64,000 bases of DNA from an uncultured Acidiferrobacteraceae bacterium (GCA_913009895.1 CAJVXY010000008.1:9904-73903); one strand, 5' to 3'. Shown: positions 37,060-48,192, counted from the stretch's first letter. The notes: generated by a model not told the origin, from the letters alone. Translations and numbers: made by a program.

Positions 37060-38049
37060 TTGAACGCTAAACTCAAGCAACTAAAATTCAGTCTTACTCC
37101 GACCGACAACGAACGGTTAGCCAGCCTCTGCGGGTTAAACGATGAGCACTTGCGCCAGATAGAAGAGTACACGGGCATCGAAATTGGCAACCGTGGCGGT
37201 GACTTTCGAGTAGTTGGTGAACAGACAACTGCGATAATGGTTGAACAGCTGATCAGGCAATTGTATGAAAATACTTCAAAACAAAAACCATTAAGCCCTG
37301 CCAGTATTCATCTTGCTTTGCAGCAAATAGCCAAAGATGGTTCTGTCAAAAACACTGATCCGGAACTTGATCTGCGATTGCCAAAACACACGGTTCGTGG
37401 CCGCAGTCCGCGTCAACGTGACTACATTCGCCAAATTTTAACCCATGATATTAACTTTGGTATTGGCCCCGCCGGTACCGGCAAAACATATCTGGCCGTT
37501 GCTTGCGCGATAGAGGCACTTGAGAACGGGCGCGTGCAACGAATTTTACTGGTAAGACCGGCCGTCGAGGCAGGTGAGCATCTGGGTTTTCTGCCAGGTG
37601 ACCTTGAACAAAAAGTCGATCCCTATTTGCGACCACTTTATGATGCCCTGCACGAGATGATGGGTTTTGAAAAGGTCAGCAGATTGCTTGAGAAAAACAT
37701 TATTGAATTGGCGCCACTGGCCTACATGCGCGGTCGTACGCTTAACGACGCCTTTATAATTCTTGATGAGGCCCAAAATACAACTGCTGAACAAATGAAA
37801 ATGTTTCTTACACGCATTGGTTTTGGAACCACTGCTGTGATTACCGGAGATGTGACACAGATAGATCTGGCCCGGCCAAAATTGTCAGGCCTGAAAGAAA
37901 TTGTTGAAATTTTAAAAGACGTGAGTGGAATCAGTTTTATCCATTTTGAATCAGAGGACGTGGTACGTCACCCACTGGTACAACGGATTGTTGAGGCCTA
38001 TGACAGGCACCAGGTGAGCAAGGACAAAAAGCACTCTGGTCAGGTATGA
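37060..38049 (+). CDS. ybeZ: PhoH-family ATPase (YbeZ)
   Basis: The Walker A motif is GPAGTGKTYLAV. LDEAQN and ITGDVTQIDL are present. The position between miaB and ybeY is conserved. The start is TTG. Confidence 0.9.
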   Translation: MNAKLKQLKFSLTPTDNERLASLCGLNDEHLRQIEEYTGIEIGNRGGDFRVVGEQTTAIMVEQLIRQLYENTSKQKPLSPASIHLALQQIAKDGSVKNTDPELDLRLPKHTVRGRSPRQRDYIRQILTHDINFGIGPAGTGKTYLAVACAIEALENGRVQRILLVRPAVEAGEHLGFLPGDLEQKVDPYLRPLYDALHEMMGFEKVSRLLEKNIIELAPLAYMRGRTLNDAFIILDEAQNTTAEQMKMFLTRIGFGTTAVITGDVTQIDLARPKLSGLKEIVEILKDVSGISFIHFESEDVVRHPLVQRIVEAYDRHQVSKDKKHSGQV

Positions 38050-38495
38050 ATATAAAAGTGGAAATCCAGAACATGTCTGTTAATGATAATGTGCCTGATG
38101 ATAACCATTTCAGGTTATGGGTACGGGCTGCGTTGGAAAAAGAAATCGATGCAGGCGAGTTAACAATTCGAATCGTTACCGAAGATGAAGGTGCGGCACT
38201 AAACCAGGATTACCGTGGTAAAAATGGACCTACCAATGTACTCTCTTTTGCCTATGAAAATCCGCCCGGTGTGGACGCCAATATTTTGGGCGATCTGGTG
38301 ATTTGTGCGCCGGTGATAGAACGTGAGGCCATTGAGCAGGACAAGGCCCTGTCAGCACATTGGGCGCATATGGTCATCCACGGCGTCATGCATTTACGGG
38401 GCTTTGATCACGCACAGGAAGATCAGGCGACACAGATGGAAGCTAAAGAAACAGAAATTCTGACCGGTCTGGGTTTTAACAGACCGTACGAGTAA
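38046..38495 (+). CDS. ybeY: rRNA maturation endoribonuclease YbeY
   Basis: The zinc motif HGVMHLRGFDH is present. The gene overlaps the ybeZ stop codon. Confidence 0.95.
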   Translation: MNIKVEIQNMSVNDNVPDDNHFRLWVRAALEKEIDAGELTIRIVTEDEGAALNQDYRGKNGPTNVLSFAYENPPGVDANILGDLVICAPVIEREAIEQDKALSAHWAHMVIHGVMHLRGFDHAQEDQATQMEAKETEILTGLGFNRPYE

Positions 38496-38539
38496 GCAAA
38501 TAGTCTTACAATATTATTAATTAACTTACAGAGAGAGCC

Positions 38540-39436
38540 GTGAGCAAAGACGACGATTATCACAGTACCAACGGTGGCGCGGGAGCGTCATCGAAATCCT
38601 TTATTGAACGATTGAGCCAGGCCCTGCTTGGCGAGCCCAGCAACAGGCAAGAGCTGGTATCGGTGTTACGAGATGCAACTGGTCGTGACCTGTTATCCCA
38701 GGATGCACTGGATATGATAGAAGGCGTGCTCCAGGTTTCCGAGATGCAAGTGCGTGACGTGATGATCCCCCGGGCCCAGGTGGATGTGGTTGATCGCAGC
38801 CAAAAACCGGAAGATTATTTACCCGCCGTAATTGAAACAGCACATTCACGTTTCCCCATGATTGATGGTGACAAGGACAAGGTTCTGGGAATATTACTGG
38901 CTAAAGATTTACTGAAATATTTTTACATTAATGAAAAAAATCGGAGCCGGGAATTTGATATCGATGATGTCCTGCGACCGGCGGTATTTGTTCCCGAGAG
39001 TAAACGACTTAATATATTACTGAAAGAATTCAGGACCAGTCGCAATCATATGGCAATTGTTGTGGATGAGTATGGTGGTGTTTCGGGTATTATTACAATT
39101 GAGGACGTGCTGGAACAAATCGTAGGCGAAATTGAAGACGAATATGATGTTGAAGAAGATGACATTGCTATTCGCAGAAGAGATGATGGAAATTACCTGG
39201 TTAAGGCACTGACAACAGTAGAAGACTTTAATGATTATTTCCAAACGAGTTTCAGTGACCAGGATGTGGACACAATCGGTGGTATTGTCATGACTTCATT
39301 GGGGCATTTGCCAAAGCGTGGCGAGATAATCGAAATCGAAAAATATGAATTTGAAATCCTGAGGGCTGATAGTCGCCGAATACATTTAATGAAAGTAAAA
39401 TCTATTTCAAAGCCTGCTTCAATTGCCTCAACTTAA
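38540..39436 (+). CDS. corC: CBS-pair/CorC_HlyC-domain Mg/Co efflux-associated protein CorC (YbeX)
   Basis: VRDVMIPR... marks the CBS pair and GEIIEIEKYEFEIL the C-terminal CorC domain. Synteny is conserved. Confidence 0.9.
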   Translation: MSKDDDYHSTNGGAGASSKSFIERLSQALLGEPSNRQELVSVLRDATGRDLLSQDALDMIEGVLQVSEMQVRDVMIPRAQVDVVDRSQKPEDYLPAVIETAHSRFPMIDGDKDKVLGILLAKDLLKYFYINEKNRSREFDIDDVLRPAVFVPESKRLNILLKEFRTSRNHMAIVVDEYGGVSGIITIEDVLEQIVGEIEDEYDVEEDDIAIRRRDDGNYLVKALTTVEDFNDYFQTSFSDQDVDTIGGIVMTSLGHLPKRGEIIEIEKYEFEILRADSRRIHLMKVKSISKPASIAST

Positions 39437-40967
39437 TCTTCCCGCTTTCTTTACGCCAGTCCGACTTGATATTTTATCATTTCTTGCGGGCGCGCTTACG
39501 GTAACTGGTTTTGCGCCATTTAATCTTTACCCGGTTCCATTCCTGACAATTACGATTATATTTTTAATATGGAATACTGATAAAACGCCAGCATCAAGAT
39601 CTGCATGGCGAGGTTATTTATTCGGTTTAGGGTTGTTTGGAGTTGGGGTTACCTGGGTTTATGTGAGCATACATAACTTTGGTAATATGCCCGCAGCCCT
39701 GGCTGCATTTGCAGTCTTTATTTTTATTTCCATATTGAGCGCTTACCTGGCCCTGGTGGGCTGGTTGCAAGCTCGTTATCTTGGTGGAGATAAACACTGG
39801 TTTAGTATTATTTTTTGTCTGCCTGCTTTGTGGGTATTTTTTGAGTGGGTGCGCAGTTGGTTGTTCACTGGATTTCCATGGCTGAACCTCGGGTACAGCC
39901 AGGTACCGTCGTTTATGTCAGGGCCGGCGCCTGTTATAGGTGTTTATGGTATTAGTTTTTTCGTTGCAATCAGTGCCTCACTAATCAGCCTGATTTGGTT
40001 GCAACCTGCCAGGAGAAAGATTTGGCTGCCGAGCTTACTGGCGCTCTGGTTTGGTGCCGTACTCATTGGCAAAATAAACTGGGTATCAGAAATAGATAAA
40101 CCAGTGCAGGTTGCCATGGTCCAGGGTAATGTCTCGATTGCCAGGAAATGGGATCGAAAGTATCAATCAAAAATAACTGCCGATTATCTCCGGCTCAGCA
40201 AACAGCATGGTGCTGCCGACCTCATAATTTGGCCAGAAGCGGCGATACCCGGTTACCTGGATGTTGCGGAGCAGGGTTTTTTGAAAAAAGTGCGGGCCCA
40301 TGCCAGGAAAACCAATACAGATTATATTCTCGGCGTACTTGAGAGAGTGCAAAGCCAGGGCCGGTTAAAATTTTATAACAGTGCCATTACAGTTGATGCT
40401 GACGGTAAAGATGAAGGTGTTTATCGAAAACAACACCTGGTGCCATTTGGCGAATTTATGCCATTAAAACCCGTTTTGGGATGGCTACTTAATTATTTGA
40501 AAATACCGATGTCTGATCTTAGTTCTGGCACTGATCAGAACAACATTTTAAAAGCTGCGGGCCACGCAATCGGAATTTCTATATGTTATGAGGACGCCTT
40601 TGGCGAAGAAGTTATTCAGGCCCTGCCTGCCGCGACCATGTTGGTTAACATCAGCGAGGACGCCTGGTTTGGTGATTCCTTTGCGCCTTTTCAGCGGCTG
40701 CAAATTGCCCAAATGCGCGCTATGGAGGCGGGTCGACCCATGGTGCGTGCGGCAAATACTGGCCCGTCTGCAGTCATTGACCATAAAGGACGGATTACGG
40801 CCCGCTCTGATGCATTTATACAGACGGTGCTAATGGCCACAGTACAACCAATGCAGGGCTTAACGCCCTATGGCCGGTTTGGCAATGGTCCGGTTATTAT
40901 GTTTGCCATCCTGCTGATAATCGCTGGTTGGCAGCGTACCAGGGGATTAGCCGGATATTTTAAATAA
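39423..40967 (+). CDS. lnt: Apolipoprotein N-acyltransferase Lnt
   Basis: An N-terminal polytopic domain is followed by a C-N hydrolase domain (VQGN...WPE...ICYE). A probable TTG start overlaps the corC end. Confidence 0.9.
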   Translation: MPQLNLPAFFTPVRLDILSFLAGALTVTGFAPFNLYPVPFLTITIIFLIWNTDKTPASRSAWRGYLFGLGLFGVGVTWVYVSIHNFGNMPAALAAFAVFIFISILSAYLALVGWLQARYLGGDKHWFSIIFCLPALWVFFEWVRSWLFTGFPWLNLGYSQVPSFMSGPAPVIGVYGISFFVAISASLISLIWLQPARRKIWLPSLLALWFGAVLIGKINWVSEIDKPVQVAMVQGNVSIARKWDRKYQSKITADYLRLSKQHGAADLIIWPEAAIPGYLDVAEQGFLKKVRAHARKTNTDYILGVLERVQSQGRLKFYNSAITVDADGKDEGVYRKQHLVPFGEFMPLKPVLGWLLNYLKIPMSDLSSGTDQNNILKAAGHAIGISICYEDAFGEEVIQALPAATMLVNISEDAWFGDSFAPFQRLQIAQMRAMEAGRPMVRAANTGPSAVIDHKGRITARSDAFIQTVLMATVQPMQGLTPYGRFGNGPVIMFAILLIIAGWQRTRGLAGYFK

Positions 40968-41069
40968 CCGCTTTGGCATGATTGCGGGACACCTGTGCCT
41001 GTGGCAGGCTTCGCACCTCGATAGTTCAATTAAATAGAAATTTTATACAGTAATTCTTGTGAGGTAGGT

Positions 41070-43601
41070 GTGGATCCGCAATACAATCCCAAAAATGTAG
41101 AACAAAAAGCCCAGAAATACTGGCTGGATAATAATTCGTTTTTAGTCAATGAAGACGAAAATAAAGAAAAATTTTATTGCCTGTCCATGTTTCCCTACCC
41201 GTCAGGTGATCTGCACATGGGCCATGTTCGTAACTACACCATTGGCGATGTCATCAGCCGTTACCAACGGATGCTGGGCAAGAATGTTTTGCAGCCGATG
41301 GGCTGGGATGCTTTTGGGATGCCGGCTGAGAACGCTGCGATCAAGAACAATATCCCGCCTGCCAAATGGACCCGGAAAAATATCATAAAAATGAAGACCC
41401 AGTTTAAACAGCTGGGTTTTGGTTATGACTGGGACCGGGAACTGGCGACCTGTGATCCTGAATATTATCGCTGGGAGCAATGGTTTTTTCTGCAGCTACT
41501 CGAGAAAAAACTTGTCTACAAGAAAACGGCGCCCGTGAACTGGTGTCCCCATGACCAGACCGTGCTGGCTAATGAGCAAGTGATCGATGGCTGTTGCTGG
41601 CGTTGTGATACGCCGGTTGTTCGCAAGGAAATTCCCCAGTGGTTTATGAGAATCACGGATTACGCCCAGGAATTACTGGATGATCTCGATACACTCACAG
41701 ACTGGCCAGAGCGAGTTGTCACCATGCAGCGAAACTGGATTGGCCGTTCTGAAGGTGTAGAGGTTATTTTTGGTATTGGTGACGATGAAAATAAAAATGA
41801 GTCACTCAAGGTATTTACAACACGACCCGATACCCTGATGGGGGTGACCTATGTGGCGGTAGCTGCCGAACATCCCCTGGCCCAGAAAGCGGCAAAGAAC
41901 AATCAAGCGTTGACGGATTTTATTGTTGAATGTGAAACCATGGATGTGTCCGAGGCCGCCATGGAGACTGCCGAGAAAAAAGGTATGGATACCGGCCTGA
42001 AAGCCATTCACCCAATCACCAATGAACCGGTGCCGATCTTTATTGCCAATTTTGTTTTAATGGCCTATGGCGAGGGTGCAGTGATGGCAGTGCCTGCCCA
42101 TGACCAGCGAGACTGGGAGTTTGCAAAAAAATACAATGTGGCAATCAGACCAGTGGTATTTCCCGTCGATGGTTCACAGCCAGACCTGGATAGTGGTGCC
42201 TTTACAGACAAGGGGCTGCTAAAAAATTCCGGTGATTTTAATGACTTGACGTCGGAACAGGCCTTTACCGCCATAGCAGAATTTCTTGAAAAGAATCAGA
42301 AAGGTGAGCGTAAAATACATTTTCGTCTTCGTGACTGGGGTGTTTCAAGGCAACGTTACTGGGGCACACCTATCCCCGTTATTAATTGCCCGGACTGTGG
42401 GGCTGTGGCTGTCAAGGATGAGGATTTACCCGTGGTTTTACCTGAAGAGGTGACGCTCAAGGGAACCGGATCCCCGCTCAGGGACATGCCTGATTTTTAT
42501 AAAATAAACTGTCCCGAATGTGGCGCCATGGCCGAAAGAGAGACCGACACTTTTGATACCTTTATGGAATCCAGCTGGTACTTCGCCAGGTTTTGCAGTC
42601 CCAAATATGAAACCGGCATGGTGGACAAGAAAAAGTCAGACTACTGGTTGCCCGTGGACCAGTACGTGGGTGGCATTGAGCATGCCATTCTGCATTTGCT
42701 TTATGCCCGTTTTTTTACCAAGGTAATGCGGGATGAAAAACTCACCAATGTTCCGGAGCCATTCTCCAGGTTACTTACCCAGGGCATGGTATTAAAAGAT
42801 GGTGCCAAGATGTCAAAGTCTAAAGGCAATACGGTTGACCCCTTATCGTTACTTGCAGAATATGGCGCCGATACTGCCAGGCTGTTTGTTATGTTTGCCG
42901 CTCCCCCGGAGCAATCCCTGGAATGGTCTGATGAAGCAGTCGGCGGCGCATTTCGTTTTTTAAAACGTTTGTGGGGTTATTCTATCAAGGTAAATGATCA
43001 AGTTCTGAATCCTGCCGGGAAGGGCACCAATCCTCTGTTAGCTTTGAAGAAGGATTGGACAATAGCAACCCCGGAACAAGAATCTGCCCGTCGCAAGGTA
43101 CATACTATATTAAAGGGAGTAACTGTAGATTTTAAAAAGAACCAGTTTAATACTGTGGTGTCAGCAGCAATGAAGATACTAAATATCATCAGTGCCGGCA
43201 TACCTGGTTCAAGCCATGATGAACCACAGGCAAATGATTCCCCGAATGCAAAAGTTCATGCATGGTTAACACATGAATCTTTAAGTATATTACTAAGAAT
43301 ACTATCTCCCATCGTGCCCCATATGACGCATGTTTTGTGGCGTGAACTAAAGTTTGGCGATGACATATTACAGGCAGACTGGCCAGAAGTTGATGAAGCG
43401 GCATTGGTGAGTGATACAATTAAATTAATTGTCCAGGTTAATGGTAAAAAACGTAGTGAGATAGAGGCGCCCATGAAAGCCGATAAGTCAGCGTTAGAAA
43501 AAATGGCACTGACAGACAAAAATGTCGTGCGTTTTATGGACGGCAAACCGGCAAAAAAAGTGATTGTTGTTCCAGGGAGACTGGTGAATATTGTCATCTA
43601 G
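41070..43601 (+). CDS. leuS: Leucine--tRNA ligase
   Basis: The class I motifs are present: PYPSGDLHMGH (HIGH-type) and KMSKSKGN (KMSKS). The product is 843 aa with a GTG start. Confidence 0.97.
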   Translation: MDPQYNPKNVEQKAQKYWLDNNSFLVNEDENKEKFYCLSMFPYPSGDLHMGHVRNYTIGDVISRYQRMLGKNVLQPMGWDAFGMPAENAAIKNNIPPAKWTRKNIIKMKTQFKQLGFGYDWDRELATCDPEYYRWEQWFFLQLLEKKLVYKKTAPVNWCPHDQTVLANEQVIDGCCWRCDTPVVRKEIPQWFMRITDYAQELLDDLDTLTDWPERVVTMQRNWIGRSEGVEVIFGIGDDENKNESLKVFTTRPDTLMGVTYVAVAAEHPLAQKAAKNNQALTDFIVECETMDVSEAAMETAEKKGMDTGLKAIHPITNEPVPIFIANFVLMAYGEGAVMAVPAHDQRDWEFAKKYNVAIRPVVFPVDGSQPDLDSGAFTDKGLLKNSGDFNDLTSEQAFTAIAEFLEKNQKGERKIHFRLRDWGVSRQRYWGTPIPVINCPDCGAVAVKDEDLPVVLPEEVTLKGTGSPLRDMPDFYKINCPECGAMAERETDTFDTFMESSWYFARFCSPKYETGMVDKKKSDYWLPVDQYVGGIEHAILHLLYARFFTKVMRDEKLTNVPEPFSRLLTQGMVLKDGAKMSKSKGNTVDPLSLLAEYGADTARLFVMFAAPPEQSLEWSDEAVGGAFRFLKRLWGYSIKVNDQVLNPAGKGTNPLLALKKDWTIATPEQESARRKVHTILKGVTVDFKKNQFNTVVSAAMKILNIISAGIPGSSHDEPQANDSPNAKVHAWLTHESLSILLRILSPIVPHMTHVLWRELKFGDDILQADWPEVDEAALVSDTIKLIVQVNGKKRSEIEAPMKADKSALEKMALTDKNVVRFMDGKPAKKVIVVPGRLVNIVI

Positions 43602-44199
43602 ACTTAAAAATTTATGCTCGTCAAACCAGACTTGTCGAGGATTATTGGTCGTGTTAATCATTGGCAGTCTGACTGGTTGTGGATTTCAGCTAAGAAAAGA
43701 CAGAGCCGAGCTTCTGCCCGACGAGTTAAAGGTTATAAAACTGGATTTTCAGGTTGGCAAAGATGCCGCTGCCCTGAAAAATTTGTTTGTTGATGAGTGG
43801 ACGCTGGCTGGCGGTTTGATATCTGACAGTGATGATGTCCCTGTTTTATTAGTCAATGGCGAACGAGTAATCCAGCGCGTTCTTTCTGTGAACCCAATAA
43901 ATGCCAGAGTAAGCGAGTTCTCGCTGAAATATGTTTTATCATTCCAGCTTACTGTTCCAGGTAATAAAAAGAATCTGGTGGTCAAGACAATACACTTACA
44001 GAGAGAATACACGGTTGATACTACCAACGTATTGGCCAAGGAATATGAGAAAATATGGCTCACAAATACCATGCGTCAACTGGCCGTCAAAGAGATCGTG
44101 AGAAAATTATCTCATCTTGACGCCGGGTTATTTTCAGAAAAATTAGCGCCCGAGGTATCTAAAGAATCTAAAATATCTAAAGAATCAGGGGAAAAATGA
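43591..44199 (+). CDS. lptE: LPS-assembly lipoprotein LptE
   Basis: A lipobox LIIGSLTGCGFQLR is present. The position between leuS and holA is conserved. A TTG start overlaps the leuS end. Confidence 0.8.
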   Translation: MSSRLKNLCSSNQTCRGLLVVLIIGSLTGCGFQLRKDRAELLPDELKVIKLDFQVGKDAAALKNLFVDEWTLAGGLISDSDDVPVLLVNGERVIQRVLSVNPINARVSEFSLKYVLSFQLTVPGNKKNLVVKTIHLQREYTVDTTNVLAKEYEKIWLTNTMRQLAVKEIVRKLSHLDAGLFSEKLAPEVSKESKISKESGEK

Positions 44200-45224
44200 A
44201 ACTTTATCCCAATCAACTCAATGACCATCTGAAAAAATCATTGGCACCGATTTACCTGGTTTCTGGTGATGATCCATTACTGGTCGACGAGGCTGTTTTG
44301 GCAATCCGTAATACTGCTGAACATGCCGGCTTTAGTGAGCGTGAGGTATGGCATGCGGAGCGTGGTTTTGACTGGAACAATTTGCTTGAATCCAGCCAGT
44401 CCTTATCGCTTTTTTCCCAACAAAAAATAATTGAGCTGCGCCTGCCGACTGGCAAACCGGGCGACCAGGGCAGCAAATTACTGAGTGCGCTGGCCCAGTC
44501 ACTTTCAGACCAAATCCTGTTACTGGTCGTGACGGGTAAACTGGAGGCAAGTAGCCAGCGTAGCAAATGGGTCAAGGCGCTAGAGTCGGCCGGCGTAATG
44601 ATTACAATTTACCCCCTTGAGCCCAGGGAATTGCCGGCCTGGATAAACCAGCGCCTGAAAAATCATGGCTTAACAGCAGGACCGGGGGTGCTTGATATGC
44701 TGGCCTGGCATTTTGATGGCAATCTGTTAGCGGCTGCCCAGGAAGTTGAAAAATTGGCGCTTTTATTCAAGGGTCAGCTGGAAGTAGACGATTTGAGTGA
44801 GTCACTCAGCGAAAATGCCAGATTTAACGTATTTAAGTTAACAGATAGTTGCCTGGCGGGGGATGTGATCGCCAGCAGCAGGATATTGCGAAACTTAAAA
44901 GCCGAGGCAGTGGCGCCAGTTCTGGTATTATGGGCTTTGTCGCGAGAGGCTAGAGGCCTTGGTCAAATGGCCCGTGACATACAGGCTGGTAAGGCCCTGG
45001 AGCAGGTATTACAGTCCCATGGTGTCTGGTCAAAACGGCGACCCGCGATCAAGGCGGCGCTGGGGCGACTGAAACCGGTAACCTGTAGTCGTTTGTTGCA
45101 GCGTGCGGCCCGTACCGATAGAGTGATCAAAGGCCGGTTGCCTGGTGATGCTTGGCAGACCCTGCAAGACCTGGTGCTGGCCTTTTGTGGCAAAAGGCCC
45201 CTGGCCGGTATTAGAAGCATTTAG
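44196..45224 (+). CDS. holA: DNA polymerase III delta subunit
   Basis: MKLYPNQLNDHLKKSLAPIYLVSGDDPLL is a typical HolA N-terminus. An ATGA overlap links it to lptE. Confidence 0.9.
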   Translation: MKLYPNQLNDHLKKSLAPIYLVSGDDPLLVDEAVLAIRNTAEHAGFSEREVWHAERGFDWNNLLESSQSLSLFSQQKIIELRLPTGKPGDQGSKLLSALAQSLSDQILLLVVTGKLEASSQRSKWVKALESAGVMITIYPLEPRELPAWINQRLKNHGLTAGPGVLDMLAWHFDGNLLAAAQEVEKLALLFKGQLEVDDLSESLSENARFNVFKLTDSCLAGDVIASSRILRNLKAEAVAPVLVLWALSREARGLGQMARDIQAGKALEQVLQSHGVWSKRRPAIKAALGRLKPVTCSRLLQRAARTDRVIKGRLPGDAWQTLQDLVLAFCGKRPLAGIRSI

Positions 45225-45260
45225 GACCCTACAAAATGGGTAAGTTATGAGTAAACAATT

Positions 45261-46562
45261 ATGAGTAAAAATAGCCAGACAGCATCAGACCAAACAGCGT
45301 CGGAAGTGGATATAGCAGCTTATATTGCGTCTCTGGGCCAGCAGGCTCGTGTATCCGCACGCCATATTGCCCGGGCTGATAGTGGCCAGAAGAATGACGC
45401 TTTATTGGCGATTGCTGCTGCCCTGGTGGCTGATCGCAAAAAGCTACTCAGTGCCAACCAGAAAGACATGGAGGCAGGCAAACAGTCAGGCCTTGATGCT
45501 GCCCTGATGGACCGGCTGGAACTTAACGACGAACGTATAGACGGTATGGCCGAAGGTGTACAACAGATTGCAGCACTGGCTGATCCAATTGGAGAAATTA
45601 CGGACCTTGCCTATCGGCCTTCCGGGATCCAGGTGGGTCGTATGCGTGTCCCGCTGGGTGTGATTGGTATTATTTATGAGTCCAGACCCAATGTAACGGC
45701 AGATGCAGCTGCCCTGTGCCTGAAGTCGGGCAATGCTGCCATTCTTCGTGGCGGCTCAGAGGCGCTTTATTCAAACCAGGCGATTAACAATTGCATCCAG
45801 CAAGGCTTGCAGCAAGCAGGTTTGCCCGGAGACATTGTCCAGGTGGTAGCGATCACTGATCGTATGGCTGTAGGTGAAATGATTTGCCTGCAGGAATATA
45901 TTGATGTCATTATTCCAAGAGGTGGCAAAGGATTGATTGAGCGCATCAGCCAGGATGCCCGGGTACCTGTTATTAAACATTTGCATGGCGTCTGTCATGT
46001 ATATATTGATAAGGCGGCTGATCTCGATAAGGCTGAAGCGATTGCGGTCAATGCAAAAACCCAGCGTTATGGCACATGTAATACCATGGAGACCCTGCTG
46101 ATTGATAAAGCAATCGCCGGGAATATACTCCCGCGTCTGGCGACCAGGTATAAAGATGCCGGCGTTGAAATGCGCGGCTGCAAGCAAAGTCGCGCGCTCA
46201 TAGAAGACATGGTTGCGGCGACAGACGCGGACTGGGATGCAGAATACCTGGCGCCTGTTTTGGCAATAAAAATTGTTGACGATTTTGATGCCGCCGTCTT
46301 GCACATTCAGCAATATAGTTCTGCCCATACCGAGGCCATTGTCACTGAAGATTATTCAGCTGCCAGGCGTTTCCTGAGAGAAGTTGATTCAAGCTCTGTC
46401 ATGGTAAATGCATCAACACGTTTTGCCGACGGGTTTGAATACGGGCTTGGGGCAGAGATTGGTATTAGTACCGACAAGCTTCATGTCAGGGGACCAGTTG
46501 GTCTTGAAGGACTGACATCACAGAAATATGTTGTTTTTGGTGATGGCCAGGTTCGTAGTTGA
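45261..46562 (+). CDS. proA: Glutamate-5-semialdehyde dehydrogenase
   Basis: [34 protein letters not shown] and HTEAIVT are ProA motifs. Confidence 0.95.
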   Translation: MSKNSQTASDQTASEVDIAAYIASLGQQARVSARHIARADSGQKNDALLAIAAALVADRKKLLSANQKDMEAGKQSGLDAALMDRLELNDERIDGMAEGVQQIAALADPIGEITDLAYRPSGIQVGRMRVPLGVIGIIYESRPNVTADAAALCLKSGNAAILRGGSEALYSNQAINNCIQQGLQQAGLPGDIVQVVAITDRMAVGEMICLQEYIDVIIPRGGKGLIERISQDARVPVIKHLHGVCHVYIDKAADLDKAEAIAVNAKTQRYGTCNTMETLLIDKAIAGNILPRLATRYKDAGVEMRGCKQSRALIEDMVAATDADWDAEYLAPVLAIKIVDDFDAAVLHIQQYSSAHTEAIVTEDYSAARRFLREVDSSSVMVNASTRFADGFEYGLGAEIGISTDKLHVRGPVGLEGLTSQKYVVFGDGQVRS

Positions 46563-46618
46563 AGGCTGATCAATAACTGTATGCACCATGATGGGTTAGC
46601 CTGAACAAGCGGTTTGTA

Positions 46619-47281
46619 GTGCAGTCACTTGGCATATTTGGTGGGACATTTGATCCTGTTCATTTTGGGCACTTGAACCCGGTCAGGGAAACGGCCAGCG
46701 CACTGGGTCTTGAGCAGGTAAGATTTGTGCCAGCAGCAAACCCGCCACATAGATCAGAACCAGTTGCAAACACCCATGACAGGCTGGCCATGATCAGGCT
46801 GGCACTAAAGGATTACCCGGAATTCAGGATAGATGAAAGAGAGCTTAATCGAACAGGTAGTTCATATACCATCAATACACTCGAATCATTCCGTGCGCAA
46901 TTTGGCGATAACCTCCCTATTATGATGCTTGTTGGTGCTGATGTTTTCAATGAATTTAATACATGGCATCAATGGCAGCAGATTCCAGACCTTGCCCATA
47001 TTATTGTAATGACTCGGCCAGGCTATCCAGTAGTGGACGCATCTTTTTTTGAAAACCCCAACTGGAAAATAAGTAAAAATGTCAATGATCTGCACAGTCA
47101 ACCACAGGGGCTTGTTTTTTTTCAGGATGTGACGCCAATAAATATTTCTGCAACAAAAATAAGATCATTGCTCGAAAAAAAAATGACTGCCGATACTGGT
47201 TTATCACAAGCTTTACCACCTTCAGTTATTGAGTACATAAAGCTCAATAATTTATATGTTAACCATTCACAGGAGCATTAA
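46619..47281 (+). CDS. nadD: Nicotinate-nucleotide adenylyltransferase
   Basis: GIFGGTFDPVHFGH is present with ...ISATKIR near the C-terminus. The start is GTG. Confidence 0.93.
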   Translation: MQSLGIFGGTFDPVHFGHLNPVRETASALGLEQVRFVPAANPPHRSEPVANTHDRLAMIRLALKDYPEFRIDERELNRTGSSYTINTLESFRAQFGDNLPIMMLVGADVFNEFNTWHQWQQIPDLAHIIVMTRPGYPVVDASFFENPNWKISKNVNDLHSQPQGLVFFQDVTPINISATKIRSLLEKKMTADTGLSQALPPSVIEYIKLNNLYVNHSQEH

Positions 47282-47628
47282 TGCAGTCACCGGAATTAAG
47301 AGACAAAATTTGCCAGGCAATTGAAGACGCCAAAGGAATAGACATCAAGGTACTTGATGTGCGAGAGAGTTCAGATATCACAGATTTTATGATTGTTGCC
47401 AGCGGCACTTCGAGTCGTCATGTGTCATCTGTTGCCGACAGGGTGGCTGAGTCCATGCTTGAGATTGGTAGTAAAGCAATGGGCATTGAAGGGAAAGGTG
47501 AGGGTGACTGGGTATTACTGGATTTTGGAGATGTTGTTGTTCATGTCATGCGTCCTGATACCCGGGATTTTTATAACCTTGAGAAACTTTGGGGGGAGAT
47601 ACAGGAGTCAGGGGCGCTTAAACGTTGA
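47281..47628 (+). CDS. rsfS: Ribosomal silencing factor RsfS
   Basis: DIKVLDVRE..DITDFMIVASGTSSRHV...WVLLDFGDVVVHVM is present. The ATG overlaps the nadD stop codon. Confidence 0.95.
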   Translation: MQSPELRDKICQAIEDAKGIDIKVLDVRESSDITDFMIVASGTSSRHVSSVADRVAESMLEIGSKAMGIEGKGEGDWVLLDFGDVVVHVMRPDTRDFYNLEKLWGEIQESGALKR

Positions 47629-47647
47629 GTGACGTTGACAACGTGTT

Positions 47648-48115
47648 ATGGATATTCAGGTAATCGCAATAGGTCAAAAAATGCCGGCCTGGGTGGATGA
47701 GGCGTGCGACCAGTATCGCAATAGAGTAACCGGTCAGTGTTCGCTTAAGTTTCAATCATTACCGGCCAGGAAACGTGGTAAGGGTGCTGACATATCACGA
47801 ATAATCAGGGAAGAGGGCAGCAGCCTGTTAATGGCGGTGCCATCAAGGTCGCATACTATCGCCCTGGAACGCGTGGGCAAGGTGATTGATAGCAAAAAAC
47901 TGGCAACAGTACTTGATCGTTGCCTGATGGAAGGACTGGGACTTGTTTTTTTAATAGGTGGGCCAGAAGGTTTGTCAGATGATTGCCAGCAGCAAGCCGA
48001 TGAAACCTGGTCATTATCCGCACTGACCCTTGCCCATCCTGTGGCCAGGGTGGTGTTAGCTGAGCAGATTTACAGGGCCTGGAGTATGCTAAACAATTTG
48101 CCGTACCATCGTTAA
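47648..48115 (+). CDS. rlmH: 23S rRNA (pseudouridine1915-N3)-methyltransferase RlmH
   Basis: FLIGGPEGLS...SLSALTLAHP..R..L.EQIYRAW is present in a 155-aa product. Confidence 0.95.
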   Translation: MDIQVIAIGQKMPAWVDEACDQYRNRVTGQCSLKFQSLPARKRGKGADISRIIREEGSSLLMAVPSRSHTIALERVGKVIDSKKLATVLDRCLMEGLGLVFLIGGPEGLSDDCQQQADETWSLSALTLAHPVARVVLAEQIYRAWSMLNNLPYHR

Positions 48116-48192
48116 TGAAGGCGCACGAATAGATACCCTGGTTAGCTTGTTAATTATTGCATAACGTTACACTTAAAAATGGTTACAGGAAA

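Noticed and set aside
44157-44186. Short tandem repeat tctaaagaatctaaaata/tctaaagaatca
   Set aside because: It lies inside the lptE C-terminal tail and encodes SKESKISKES. It is a low-complexity coding repeat, not a regulatory or CRISPR-like feature.
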